From Podarcis vaucheri (lineage: Eukaryota): a DNA stretch of 64,000 nt. The stretch lies in the NCBI GenBank assembly GCA_965113315.1, contig OZ220372.1. One strand, given 5' to 3'. The stretch's first letter is position 1; the number at the start of each line of letters is the position of its first letter. The position numbers were made by a program, and so were the translations under genes. The notes below the pieces were generated by a model. The model saw only the letters and a program-made list of their open reading frames with translations, did not search any database and had not been told where the DNA came from. Shown here one piece after another: positions 50,255-64,000 of the stretch.

Positions 50255-50840
50255 CATCCAAGTGGACATTAGATGGTCACACACTCAAGCAAATACATAG
50301 ATTTAAATACTTAGGATTACTTATTAATGAAAAGCTTTCATGGCAGAGGCATAGCTGGGGGGGGGCTCACTGGGCGCCACACCACAGGGGTCAGCACTTA
50401 CCATGCGGCCTGCAGCGCAGGGAAACTGCAGCGTGGGGCTTGCGTCTGCCCGCTGCCTCCCCCTCAGCCGCCCTACAGCCGAGGGGGAGGTGGTGGGCAG
50501 ACTTCTTGGAGGCTCTGTGCAGCAAGCCCTGCCTCGGCTTCCCCACCCCCAGGCGCAGGGCATGCACACCGAGCAGCTAGCTACGCCACTGTTTCATGGA
50601 AACCCCATCTGGATGCAATCAAGCTATTATCTGCCCGCTCTACTGGACAGCTATACAGGTTCTTCCACTCAAAGGGGGGGGCAGTTAATCAATTCAGCCA
50701 TCAAGATCTATGTGTAAAAGATCATTGCATAAATGCTTTATGGGGCTGAGATATGGGGAAGTGGTATCAAATCAGAACTAGGAGCCCAACAAAACAAACT
50801 CATGAGAAAGATATTGGGGCTTCCACTGGGGACTCCAGCA
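50255..50840 (+). mobile_element. LINE reverse-transcriptase C-terminal fragment (RTE/L2-like), interrupted by a hAT element
   Basis: FKYLGLLINEKLSW | KPHLDAIK ... LYGAEIWG. The frame is continuous once the insertion and one TSD are removed. Confidence 0.75.
50344..50591. mobile_element. Non-autonomous hAT-type element with GC-rich interior
   Basis: TIRs CAGAGGCATAGCT / CAGTGGCGTAGCT. Perfect 8-bp TSD TTTCATGG (50336-50343, 50592-50599). Confidence 0.88.
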
Positions 50841-53800
50841 AAAACAAAATGGGAGGCAGCAGTTAAGAGTTCCCGGTCTCTGCAGCTGTGGAAGGCACTG
50901 TGGTTCTCTAGCAGTGCCAGAGGAGCACCCCGTTCTCTCTCGAGAAAGATAAATGCCAACAACTGTAACAAAACTGCAGAGGGCTGCTCCCTCCTTCAAC
51001 TCAAGAATAGAGGGTCTCTTCGCCCATTATGTCCACAGGTGTAGACCTAACATGCTTACACACCTAAGCACGTGAAGCATGAATGCAAACATGTGAAGTA
51101 CAAACACAGAGATCACGCAGGCATGCTTCTTAGGGAGGTTGGTTGTGGTTCCCTGTTTAGAGTAGACTTCATAGCAGGCTTAGATTGCTGCTGCGTAAGA
51201 TGTGAAAGCCCCACTAAAAGGCAACAGGATCAACACTCAGGTCTTAGCAGTGTGGGCTGGACTGTTTCTATCCCAGGGCATAGCAGCAGCCTAACAGGCC
51301 CATAGTATTCCAGTGAGGTAATTTAACAGAAGCTGGCAGGGATCAAAAGGATGGCCCCCATCCATTTGCTCCATAGCAAGGCAAAAACATCCACACCGTC
51401 AACCTTCTACAGATCTAACCCACATCATTCATCTTTCCTTGGATAGCTGCTGAAATGTCATTTTACATCCAGTGGTGTGTGTTAGTAGGTGCCAAGCTAC
51501 ACAAATTTTCCAGTTGGTGTCTACTTGCACAGGGCAAGGCCCCAGGGTTACCAAGAAGAGAAGGGCTATATTTTTCCACATCCAATGCCATCTCTATGAC
51601 AGCTTTGTGAATTACACAAAGCAAATACGGTAGATGCACCACCTATAATTACCAGGGTAGAAAAAGGAACACACAGTTTAAAAGATACACACACATAGTC
51701 ATGGGTGGCAAAATGTAGCAGCCTGGCAGAGAAAGCTTATTTGCATGCACACACTCAGTTCATGAAGTTTGCCAGCATTCAGAGTCAATATGTCTTAAGA
51801 ATCTTAAGGGTGAGAAATCTCTCTAGAGTCCTGTTTTTACAAAGATCCTGGCTCTCAACTTCAGGGCAACAATTTAATCTAAAAATCATGGAGAACTGAT
51901 GGTACCAGTGTTCTGTACCTGATCTTGGGGGGAAAGTGGGACACTTCCCAACAGGGAACACCCAAAGGAGAAAAGCAATGTCTGAGCATGCCCAACTGTC
52001 TAGCTGAAAATGTGACCTACAGCAAAAATAATAATAATTATTTGGTAATTGCTCGCTATGGACTTAGAATTCCTCAAAAGGACCCCCACCTCCTACTTTA
52101 AGAGGACACAAGAGCTGGCCTAAATTCAGTGTCCTAAACTGAAAGGTTTGTGTTATTCTATGCCTGTATCCCTCATCTTAATTTCATGTTGGTAACAAGA
52201 AGGGGAAAGGGGGAAAGCAGAGAAATTGGAGAAATCAGGGAGAGAAGGGGTGCCCGACTTACTTTTGGCTCTCACTGCCCCATTTTTACTTCAGCCCCAC
52301 AGACCACTGGCATGCAACCCTCCTGCAGATTATGGGAATATGGCCCTTGACAAGAGAGAAAGGTTCACCACTTCATTCTAAGCCAAGATCCCATGTGGTT
52401 TTCAGCATGTATGACTTGGCCAGCAGCATCATTGGGAAAAAAAGCAGGGAATCTGAGGAATGAAGTGAAAAGTGAGCGTCTTTCCTCAGCAACTCATTAC
52501 CTCCACAGATGCAACCAAGATGCCAATTTGGCAGCTTTCCCGAGCTCTTGGATGGCACAAAGCTATGTGAAGTTCCTGTAGCTTCTGTCCAGTTAAAAAC
52601 AGGCTGACAACACAGGTGTGGCCGGCTTATCCTTGTTCCATTTATGCAGAAGGAACATCAAAACCTGGGCTGCGTGTCAAGTTCTGGGGAGAGCAGGTGA
52701 ACTTGACCAACCCTCCTGTGTATTTTGTGCTTTAGGGCTCACTTTCACCAGCGGCTCGAGTGAGTCACGTATTAAGTAGTCATAACCACAGCGTGCTCAA
52801 AGAGTGCACTGATCCATCCAAAAAGAATGGAAAAAGCTGCCTGAGGGTTAGGACATCTCTTGCTGCTGGACGTTGCCTTATAAGAACAGATGGGAATCAG
52901 TTAGGAAACCAAAAATAAATACAGAAAAAAGTCAGCACCCAACAGTATACCAAATGCCAGGTTTGGCCCTGAGTCTGAAACTCTTAACAGCGGAGTAGGC
53001 AAAGAACTAAGCTGTAAACTAGGAATGCTTTAATTGAATCTCATCTGTCATCTGGGTGCCTTATGCCAAATAGGGGAAATGTATAACCTCGTCCACCCCA
53101 GGCACCATGGCAAACGGTCAGAGACTATGGAAGTTGCAGCCCAACAATGCCTGGGGCCACCATGTTGGCCACCACTTGATCTACATGCAGGGATTTTATT
53201 TTATTTTTTCAAATAGAGAAGTATTCAGATTCTACAAGAAGTATAAGTAGCCATGCTGGCCTATCAGAAAAATTCCAAAATGCAAGCCCTCACCTGAAGT
53301 CTGCAATGGTACAGCTCAGATAGAGGTTTACTGTCTCAGCAAAAATAATATATATCACCATATGGTAAACACAATTCAAGAAATGATTTTCCATTTTGCT
53401 ACCTCTCGAGCAAACATACCCTCTGCTGCTAATGGAGGGGGGAGGGAAATGTCTCAAGCATAATGCCATTACAGAATTATGTAATTAGAATTACAAACTT
53501 GGGGGAAGGGGAGCTTCTTCCCGAGTCCCATGGGGAAGAAGCTTATCAGGGGGTGTCTATAAGGAACTTATAGACTTGTATTTAAGCACTAGCCTGATGA
53601 CCACAGGAATCAAGAGCTGCAGGCAGATGGAACATCACACACACGAATGAGCAGGCTGGTGATAGAGCGATGGAACACACAGTTCCTCCTCTGAGGCCAA
53701 TATAGAAACCAAGCAAGCTGCTATTCCCTCCTCTGCCAGCCCTCAGCAGGCTAGTAATTATTTTGGAAGGCTAGTAAATGCGGGGGCTTATTTAGCCGGC

Positions 53801-56800
53801 TATTGTAGCCACCTGTTGTTGGCACTTGTTTGTCTCAAGAGACAATGAAAGATGTGCCTTTGAGAGTCAAGTCAAACCAGTGGAGAGTTGCAGCGCCTGC
53901 TGTGTCTATAGAAATCAATACATGAGAGAAATGCTCTATTACAGGTGGGGCAGAAGAAATTAAAAAACCTGAAGAATCAACACCAGAGAACGAGAAAATG
54001 CTCAGACTAGTCCTAGCAGACTAGTCCTATAAGACTTGCCAATAATCTGCTTCAGCACAGCTTTGGCTTAGACACCATAGATATACACTAGACTGGAGTC
54101 AGAAGTCTGTATGTATATCAATCACAATGGGTATCTTAAAATCATAGCTTTCAACCACGACAGAGTAAAAGCTAAGTACTGTTCCAATTACTCCCTAGCA
54201 CGACCCTGTCTCTCTCACATTCTCATCTTGGCAGAGGCCACTAACTATAATATGATGTGGTCCAGGCAAGGCTGAAGTCATCCTCACCTGGATCAAAGAC
54301 GTTGTCTGAACATGACGGATGATACTGTTCTACGTATTTCAAACTTTGTACATGTCCCCGCTGTATTTTGGCATGGGGCAGAGCAGCAACAGATGTAAAC
54401 ACAGTGAAATGTATGCCATTTAAATGTGTTTTTCTGATATACAGTACTGCAGGCAAGTGCTCATTCAACAAATCCCCATCCTGTAAATTGACTGTTTCAT
54501 TTCCTTTCAATCTCAGAGAGATCTGATTATTGGCAAAAAATAAAAAAACCCCAGACATAAGACATGGGGAGCAAACCCAGGATCTTCTGAATGCAAAACA
54601 TGAATGAGCTCTACCACTGAGTTATAGCCCTTCCCCAAGAACCACCTCTCTGAATTCCCAAAGCAGAAATAACTGTTGAATTCAGTTCCACTGCAAATCA
54701 GCATTACAGTCAAATGCTGCAAACTCACATAACCAGCTTCCAAAGCCACTTTTCTTATCTTTGCCCATAAACCTGGTTATCACACAGCTTATCCACTGCA
54801 GAAATGCAGAGCAACGTAAGCCAAACAATGGAGCTTTTTAAAAGAAATAGCATGACGACACCCAAGCTAGACAGGAATCTTGTTCTAATGGGGATGAAAA
54901 TTAAGAAACAAGGGTCTGGTGTTCTTGTCTGAGAACTTTTCTACCACATCTACAAGAAGCATAACTTTTCTGCTGTCACCTTGGACTGATTCTTGGACAT
55001 TTTCTTATATTGCCTATATATTACAGCCTTTGCTCTTGCAGGCAATTCTGTTGCTTCTTTATGCCCACTCCTCAAAGATACATTATTCTAGCGTAACTCC
55101 TGGATGCTACTTTAAAAAATTATATATATGTCAAGAGTTGAAAGGAAGGCACCAAATGCTTTAATAAATGTGATTCCATCCAGTAGAGGGCGGCAGCACA
55201 TACATACACAAATCTGCAAGTTGTTGATTTTGCCAGCATAACAGCAACATCAGAGTATGAAGGATGAAGACAGCCCAGCTGCATCCAGCACACTGTGAAC
55301 TAGACAGCTGTGCTCATAACTAACAGGTCAGAAATTAGGGCACATCTTTTAATTTGGGCAGAAAGGTTCTAAGGACAGGATGACACGGCTGGTTCTTGCG
55401 TTGTCAAGGGATCTAGAACTGCATGATTGAAATGGGGTGGCTACATTCACTGAAGATGGCATACAGAGAACATTTCAGAGTGCTCAGAGCATATATTTAA
55501 TCGTAACAACAAAAGCAGCAACCCTGTCCAACTGGTCTGTTTTAATCCAATACGGCAACTGGTGGGGGCTGAGGTCAACAGATACCGATTTGCCTGAAGC
55601 CAGCTGATTAGTCTAATTACGGAAAGGCAAGATCTATGGAAAACAAGTACAGCACATCTGCCAAAATGTGCATCCCCAGCTGCGCATGAAACAAGGATCA
55701 CACCCTTGCATTCTGCACTGATCTGGAAAACTACCATTTCTTCATTCCTTATTTTTTTAAAAAAAGAACTTCTTATGGATTAGAATTCATACTGCAACCT
55801 ACATTAAGTGATCTTGGAAAATGGATCCTGAAGGCACTGTGGTTTTTTGTTTGTTCATTTCCATACTCTGTGAAGAGATAACACCCTTTCACTCCAGTTT
55901 TGAATACCTAAATACAAGCTACACCAGACCAGTTCTCTAAACTTCAGCCGATCCCAGTTTCCATTACTCTTCGAAAACTAACATGCCATACCGCATAATT
56001 TAAATGAGAAGATGAAGCAAAGCAATTAGAAACAAATTAGCTAGACTTCCCACACTGTCCCATTAGAAGCTTCACACCCCAACCAACCACACCTTACCAT
56101 ATCTCCTTAGTGATGGGAGAAACCACCAGCTCCAGAAAACAAAGCCTGCTCCTGTTAGGTGGATGCTGTACCAACATTCCCCATTCAGAAGGAGATTCTA
56201 AAACTTTTGTTAGCACAGCTAAGCTAAACAAATTGCTTTCCCATGAAGGATGGCAGGGACTGAGCAATTTCTGTTTCCTGGGCAAAGAGTCTCAAGCGAG
56301 CAGCTCTCTACAGGACCAATGACCTGGATTCTGCAGCACTAACAGCTGATTAGGACCGGAGCTTCTGCCTTCAGGGGTGAGCTTCCATCTTCCAAGCAAA
56401 CAGCGTTTGTGCACTGCTCAAGCACTTAAAAATAGCAACTGGGCAGCACGCTCCCCTCTCTGGTTGGACACCTGACTCCCACTTGAGGCTGGAACTAGCA
56501 TTTAGTAAAGCAATTTGCCTGAAGACACCAAGTATGTGAAAATGACTCAAGCCAAAGAGGATACCAAGTTCAGTACATGGAAAAAGTAAAGTCCTCCTAA
56601 GAAATCCGTTTTATCAAAAGGCAGTGATATTGGTGACATGTGGATGCAATTGGCGGTGTCCTCCAAGGCAATGTAGCCTCTCAAGGAATGCATCACCCAC
56701 CACCTCCAGAGTAACCAGCAGTCATGTGCTCAAGATTCTGCCACACTCCACAGCAGCCTTTCTCAACCCAAATGTTGGACTACATCTCCCATCACCCTAG

Positions 56801-59363
56801 CTAGCAGCCCCAGTGGTCAGGTATGATGGGAGTTGTAGTCCAACGACATCTGGGGACTCAAGGCTGGAAAAGGTTGCTCCAGAGGCTGTGAAAGGAATTG
56901 GTGGAAGTGATCTGAGTGTTGTGGACTAAGAGTTTTAAAGCAACTTCTGCTTCCTAGTAAATGTAAAATATGACAGAGCTTTGCAACTTCCCTCTGGTCG
57001 CTGCCCAGTTCAGTTTCCAGATGACCAATGACCCTTGTCCCTCTTCAGGCCTGTGCAGAGGATGTGGGGCGCAGCTGGGTACACTTGCCTTGAGCTTCGG
57101 AGGGCTAAGATGGCGGGGGGAGGGCACCATGGGCCTGTCAGACTTATACTGTCACGCCATGAACCTTCTCTTTAGTGGAGCTTCAAAATGCCCTTTTAAG
57201 ATCCATGTGCTTTCAGAATACAAAACCTAGCTTTATACCAATTTGGCTTAAACTAGGGGTAGGCAACTGTGGTCCTGCAGGTGTAGCTGAACTACAACTT
57301 CCATGGCCTCTGACATTAGACATGCTGGCTGGGGCTGATGGGAGTTGGGAGCCCAACAATACCTTGAGAGCGGATATCTGGAGGGCATCTGGTTCCTCAA
57401 CCCTGCCTTAAAACGAACGTACTCTGTTCAAGTTGCAATATTTAGCACCTTTACGTGAAATTGACAATGGAGAGAAACTGCATGAGTTGATGGAAGGAGA
57501 TAAGAAGTCCGTTTAGAACAGAGCAAGGATAACTGAGGAACCCTAGGGAGACAAAGCAGAATTCTTGGGCAAACAACCCTTATCCCAAAGCCTCCCCTTT
57601 ATACACATTCCCAGCACATTTTAAACATTTCTTGATAACCACGAGAGTTGGGAATTGCTAAAAAATAAATGGTGAGGGGGAAATGAAAGCAAACTGCTGT
57701 ACTGGATTCTGTTCTGAGCAAAGCAGGTTTCGCATAAGGAAAGCTGCGCCAAACCATTTTCAAAGCCAAAGTAAATAAGCTTCCACAGCTGCATTATGCC
57801 AAAAGTACCAGTCGTTCTTGCAGACGAGCTGATGATCCATGAATTGACATGGACAAAACACAAACCCCTCCACCTCTCAAAATGCCTCACGGCAGCTAGA
57901 ACAAAGTATGTAGCACAGAGAGGCAGCTTCCAGCTTACACCATGTACCACCCTATCTTTCGTTCCTTCTTGAAAGTCAAAAAAGAAAAAGCGAATGCAAT
58001 TCATTAACACCCACCGCTAGCCTGTCTCCAGGTTGGGCCACAGCTCAGCAACGCGTCAGTTGGAGCAGCAAAAGGCCGGCATGAACTGGCAGCATGCCAC
58101 GCCAATGTGCTTTGGTAGTTAGTGCAAATAGGAAAATCTGAGGGCTGGTCTTAAGTCCAACACATCCTAAAAGAGGCATATTACATCAGAGGTAAGCGAA
58201 GTTCAGCGTAAGGAACCAGGACTAGCGCTCCAACATGACAGCGCCTGGAGAAGCTGAAGAATATCTGGTCCACATAGGCAAAGCCAGCGTAAGGGATTGA
58301 ACGTAGCAGATATACACGCTTCCAGGGCCACAAATTCAAAAGATGTGATTAAGAGCAGTTTAAGAAGAAAAGTGGATGTAAAACCACAATATTTTATTTG
58401 CTGGCTGTGCAATCATTTTGTAGGGGATTACTCTGTTGTCTAATCAGCACCGCATTTGGCTCAAGATTCCTGTGCTTCAGTGTGCTGGCTAGTTCTTTAA
58501 GCTTAGGGTGACATCTGTTAGAGACTGGTTCATGTCACATTTTTCAAGTGACTAACCTGCCTGCCCAAATGCCAATGGAAGACTAAGAAGAAAAAGCAAC
58601 CGGCTACGGTGAACTCTAAAAAGATTTGAGTCGGCAGGTTCGTGAAAAAGCAATTCAAGACTATTAACAAGCTTATACTGTATGCTATAGCTCTTGGGTA
58701 TCAAGGAAAGACAGGTACCAGTAAACAAACAAACTTAGAACACTGTCATTCCTTTAAAAAATGTAAACATGCGGTAAAGTTGAAATATGTACTACTAACC
58801 GTTTGTGTGTAAAAATACATGGAAGAAGACACAGAAGACAAAGGAGACTTTCGTTCTTTTCCGCTCTTTGGAACTCTTTGGAACTTCTATACAGAGATCT
58901 TTTGTGGCTGTCTACACTGCAAGCAACCCTACTCAAGCCTAGGAAAACCCACAGCACCGTAAGAGAGTTACTGTTTTGCATACAAGAGATTCCAGGTTCA
59001 ATCCTGGCAATTCCAACTAAAGGATCTCAAGTACATGGGAAAAAACTCTTCCTGAGACCATGACAAGCTGTTGCCAATTAGAGCAGAAAAAATTAAGTCA
59101 GATAGGCCAGTAGTCTGTTTTGGTATAATGCGGGTTCAAATGATCACAAATCAGGAAATTCTACTTTTGAGCAGAGTTGCTTGGGCAGCGGTGGCAAAAC
59201 ACAAAAGCAACCTCCATGAGAGGTCCAGAACATAGCAACACAAGTGTGGGCCTTCTTTGTGGCAACTTCCTGCTTTTCAAGTGCTCTCCTCAAGGAAACT
59301 CGCCTGGCACCTTTGTTACATATTTTGAGGTGCCAGGCAAAGACAATATGCCCTTCTAAACTG

Positions 59364-59365
<2 letters not shown>

Positions 59366-59404
<39 letters not shown>
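59366..59404. repeat. (GT)n microsatellite, with a (CA)n tract at ~59634-59653
   Basis: Direct reading. Confidence 0.95.
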
Positions 59405-59406
<2 letters not shown>

Positions 59407-59707
59407 GTTTGTTACTATGTTATGCATTTTTGTGTTTTTGTACTATAAGCATTTCTGTGATCCCTGGATGAAGAGAACTGTAGAAATGTAATAAAGTAAA
59501 TATATAAATAAATAATACTAGCAGGAACCACTGAAGCAGTCCAGTGCCTAGAATGTATGTCCAGACAGCATGAGGCCTTCCCCATTTTATGGCAAGTTTC
59601 CTGTTTTTCTACACGCCTCCCTTCCAAAGTGCAACACACACACACACACACACAAAATATGGAACACAAGAAGCTCCTTTTTCTCTCAAGAAGTCATAGA
59701 ATCAGTA

Positions 59708-59925
59708 CAGTGTTACCTCGGGTTACATACGCTTCAGGTTACAGACTCCGCTAACCCAGAAATAGTGCTTCAGGTTAAGAACTTTGCTTCAGGATGAGAA
59801 CAGAAATCATGCTCCAGCGGCAGCAGGAGGCCCCATTGGCTAAAGTGGTGCTTCAAGTTAAGAACAGTTTCAGGTTAAGAACAGACCTCTGGAACGAATT
59901 AAGTACTTAACCCGAGGTCCCACTG
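59708..59925. mobile_element. Tc1/mariner (Tigger-like) MITE, second copy
   Basis: TA-CAGTGTTACCTCGGGTTA...TAACCCGAGGTCCCACTG-TA. High identity to 39842-40066. Confidence 0.9.
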
Positions 59926-59927
59926 TA

Positions 59928-60130
59928 TTGTAGATTTGAAAGGGACGCAAAGGATCATCTAGTCCAAGCCCCTGTGATGCAGAAATCACAGAGCATCCTT
60001 AAAAGATGACCATCCAACCTCTGTCTGAAAACCACCAATGAACAAGAGTCTACACCGCTTCCGAGGTGGACTGCTCCACTGTCAAAAAGCTCTTGCCATT
60101 GAAAATTTCTTCCTAACGTTTTCCTAATCT
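59928..60130 (-). mobile_element. CR1-like LINE 3' end
   Basis: Minus strand reads LVVFRQRLDGHL (ORF 59955..60140), followed by a ggactagatgatcc 3' motif. Confidence 0.65.
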
Positions 60131-62556
60131 TCCCCATCATCTGCTACCTGATCTTTTTAACTCAAGGGTGGGAAACCTTGATGCCCTCGTTGGGAGTCCA
60201 ACAACAGGGCCACAGGTTCCCAAGCCCTGTTTTACCTAGTTATGCCAGGAATGCAAAACACACCCTATCACCAAGCACAGGCTATCACTTAGAATGAGAA
60301 ATTAAGCATGGAATGAGTCTGTGTAAGAGATGTGACTTCCTGCACTCAAGTAACCTTCCAGACCATTAGATTGAAGGGGTTGTTACTAGCCTCAACAGCG
60401 AAAGAATCATCAGCCATAACAGGGAGTCCACCCATAATTTAGAAAGTAGTTCCTGGTAGAAGAACCAGAGCAAACAGTAATTCTGCAATCAAGCAAAAAA
60501 AACAAAACACTTCAGTGCTTTAAATAGTTCAAAACCAGATTGTGCTGTAGTGTAATTCCCTACTTGTTAGTGTGAAACATACCCGAGGGCAAAGGTTTGT
60601 TATGCTGTGGGCAGTATAACACAGAAGTGAAATGTTTCATCTGTACACCGAGTTCCCTGCACGCTGTACGGCTGATGACTGATTATGTAGAGGCCTGAAG
60701 AAAAAAGAAGGAGGGATTCAAGAAAATATGCAATTCTTCTCTACCAAATGTATACCAGGCTGCAAGTCATTCATGGAGCCACTACCTAGTGTCAGTTCTT
60801 TGGCAATGCACTCGTGGCAAGACACCTTTCGCCCCATTAAGTGTGGGGCATGCAAATGATGAATTCCATCATGTTATTTCTTACCACCTTGGCTGATCCG
60901 TGCAAAGTGGTGGAGCACAAAGGGCCAGTGACACCTTAGTTGCTCTTGGGGTCTTGGTTAATGTGCGACGGCAGGGGCCGGGAAAGCAAAAGGGAAGCAC
61001 CAAGTTTCAGATCCAAAGTCAAAGAGGCAAGTCTTGTTTTATTTATTTGCAGAAGCACTCTAATTTATTTCTGTACGTAATAGATTGTGAGTGCTTTAAA
61101 AATAGGAACATTACAAGACCAATAAAGGCTGGGTATATTTTGTTCCATTGTTTCAAGCACTTGCTCCCATCATCTTTACAAGCGATCTTCACAAGTAATC
61201 AAATGGGGGGGGGGATTCCATTCCTTTTTTAAAAAGATAAGTAAAAGCAATCTATATAACGTGCCTTTTAATCATTATACAACAGAAACGGAAATGAAAC
61301 ATATAGATGTTACTGATCTTATAGCAACAAATATTAAAAGATCACCTGAAAGCAAGCTGGTGTCAAGCATATTGCTCTGCTTTCCTTTGGACCACGTCAG
61401 CGAGGCCGAAAGGGGGGTCATTGTCTGGGCAGTCCAGGACCCCGACACACACTCCCCAGGCTTGTGCCCCACTTTAGTGCTGCTAACACAGCAGTTTGAC
61501 TTCACCCTTGGAGGTGCACTCCATTGCCTCTCGAGTCAGGCGGATGCCAACAATAGCAAACTTGAAAACATTAGCCATAACCAGAAACTGACAACTCTTT
61601 AGCACCATCTGAAGTTCACCTCTGTTTTTCAGACTGAGCAAGTGCCCTCTCGGGAATCAGGACTGTATTGATCACTTGCAATGAAATGAACAAACAATAA
61701 AATCTGAGAATGGACCATGCACTATCCATTTAAGCACAATTTAGCCTCTAGACTCTACCTTTCCCCCTTTCCTACCAGGGAGCTGTAAAGAACTCTATTA
61801 ATAAACTAGTTATGCTACACATACCTACAAGGAGACAAACTTTAGTAATTAAAAGTTTTCAACACACACCTCCACATTTCAAATGAGAAGAGAATTTCTA
61901 AAAACACACTGAGATGGACTTGTCAGGGAATGCCCAATGGGGCTTAATAACAAAATACTGATTTGGGGAATTCTGGACAGTAAAGGAACACAAAAAGTAA
62001 TTGTGCAGAAGTTTGTATTAATCTCTTTATTCAAGTTATGTGTATGCCAATGAAACTATTTCACTGAGAAAGGGAACTGCCTGTACTAAAATGAAAATCC
62101 AAGCAAGAACACACTTTTTAAAAATCTAAGCAGCAGCAGCAGAAACAGACTAATGCAGCTTCCCTTCTGGAAAGTATAAACATCTATGATGCTTTTTGGT
62201 TGATAAGAAGTAAGCAGCTGTAAACAACTCTCTTTCTCCACCTCCTTACAATGTTCTTCCATTGAACTGATCTGTTGCAAAGACTTTCTAAAGTTTCTGC
62301 ACTTACTGCAAAATTGTAAACCCCTTAACTGCTACACCAATAAGTACCAGGCCATATAGCAACCTGCTGCGCAAAGAAAATTGATACAAATGGGAACAGG
62401 TGAGTAGATCAAGTTTCATTTGCCTCCGTCACCAACACTGACACTGGGTTACTGAAGTATCTCAATCAGTCCCTGGTCAGCTTCCACATTTGCTTTAGCA
62501 GGTCTGGCATCAGCACCAGATACCCTCAAGCCCCCTGCACAGACCACCACTGACAC

Positions 62557-63213
62557 TAATGCGGCAGCTAGACTGGTGACTGGGAGCAGCCTCCGAGACC
62601 ATATAACACCTGTCCTGAAAGACCCACATTGGCTCCCAGTACATTTCTGAGCACAATTCAAAGTGTTGGTGCTGACCTTTAAAGCCCTAAAAGGCCTTGG
62701 ACCCAGTATACTTGAAGGAGCATCTCCACCCCCATCGTTCAGCCCAGACACTGAGGACCAGCGCCAAGGGCCTTCTGGCGGTTCCCTCACTACAAGAAGT
62801 GAGCTTACAGGGAACCAGGCAGAGGGCCTTCTCAGTAGTGGCGCCCGCCCTATGGAATGTCCTCCCACCAGATGTCAAAGAGATAAACAACTACCTGACA
62901 TTCAGAAGACATCTGAAGGCAGCCCTGTTTAGAGAAGTTTTTAATGTATGACATTTTAATGTATTTTAATGTACCAGGCAGAGGGCCTTCTCAGTAGTGG
63001 CACCCACCCTGTGGAACGCCCTCCCACCAGATGTCAAAGAGAAAAACAACTACCAAACTTTTAGAAGACATCTGAAGGCAGCCCTGTTTCGGGAAGCTTT
63101 TAATGTTGAATAGGTTATTGTATTTTAGTGTTTTGTTGGAAGCTGCCCAGAGTGGCTGGGGAAACCCAGCCAGATGGGCGGGGTACAAATAATAAATAAG
63201 TTGCTGTTGTTGT
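62557..63213 (+). mobile_element. L2-like LINE 3' portion with a doubled 3' segment
   Basis: NAAARLVTG...DHITPVLKDPHWLPV...QFKVLVLTFKAL...RAFSVVAPALWN. Segment 62814-62947 recurs at 62973-63106. Confidence 0.85.
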
Positions 63214-64000
63214 CATTACCAACCTGCATGCCCTAAGCTCCCCTTTTAAATTAAAAATCAAAAATTAAAAAACCAGGTGCTCCAATGTAATGAGTACCCT
63301 TCTGGGCCTGGGGGAGGTGCCATGTTTAACCCTGGAGTGATGCTATATCATGGGCATTTGGGGAATTAAGAAAGACGTTCCCCCTAAAAATTCATCTTGG
63401 TGTTACTTGGTACCGCCATCACCCAGAAAGCCTACCAGAGCATCTCAGCATGAAACATAAGTTGTGAATTTATTTGCAACTATATCTTAATTGCTTCTTG
63501 TGCCATTTGATTCCTGTAGCGTGGCATATATATTTACTGTTTTTATTATTTTAATGTGTGCCACCATGGGAATTTTTACAGAAGAGTAGTATAGCCTTTT
63601 TCTACACAAATAAACAAATCTTGGGGAGGAAGCATGGTGGGCAGCTGCTGGAATATGTGGAAATGCTTACACCAATCTGTAAAACAATTATAAATAGGTT
63701 CAGTTGGTTATAAATGGAGGTTTATAAAGGGAGTATTTTGAGGTACATTTGTTACAAAAACTGAACTGAAATCCTCAGGGGAAATAACCAAGACCACAGG
63801 AACCCAACCTGAAGCACTTAGGAACTTTGAGGCATTTTTTATTTTTTATTTTTTTAAAAAACCCAAACAACCAACAACTATCAAGCACTATGAACGTTTT
63901 ATGAAACAAACAAATAAGAAAGGAGGAAACAATCATACAAACACAAATAGTAGTAAATTACAAATTATACATGTTCAGAGAGCATTTCGTGTTTTGGGAG

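Overview
Eukaryotic (squamate reptile, probably lacertid lizard) genomic DNA. The whole window lies inside the minus-strand gene MICAL3 (F-actin-oxidising flavoprotein monooxygenase). I traced 18 core coding exons by hand with GT-AG boundaries and consistent phases. They run from the ATG at 45050 through the FAD-monooxygenase, calponin-homology and LIM domains. Between exon 16 and the LIM exon lies an ~18 kb array of six, possibly seven, small phase-0 cassette exons. The last exon can read through its donor into an alternative hydrophobic C-terminus (stop at 6187-6189), probably followed by a long 3'UTR. Exon 1 and the promoter are not visible (beyond 64000), and the long-isoform coiled-coil/bMERB exons lie before position 1. 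Introns hold squamate repeats: Sauria and Squam3-like SINEs, L2/CR1/RTE-like LINE fragments, hAT and Tc1/mariner MITEs, and Penelope-like remnants. The most notable observations are: a repeated short helical motif spread across cassette exons; a near-intact minimal hammerhead ribozyme in the sense orientation of intron 6; two hAT elements with shared TIRs but different GC-rich cargo; and a four-layer nested insertion. Comparisons with human MICAL3/MICAL2 and repeat family names come from recall, not from a search. Exon numbers assume a single upstream non-coding exon.
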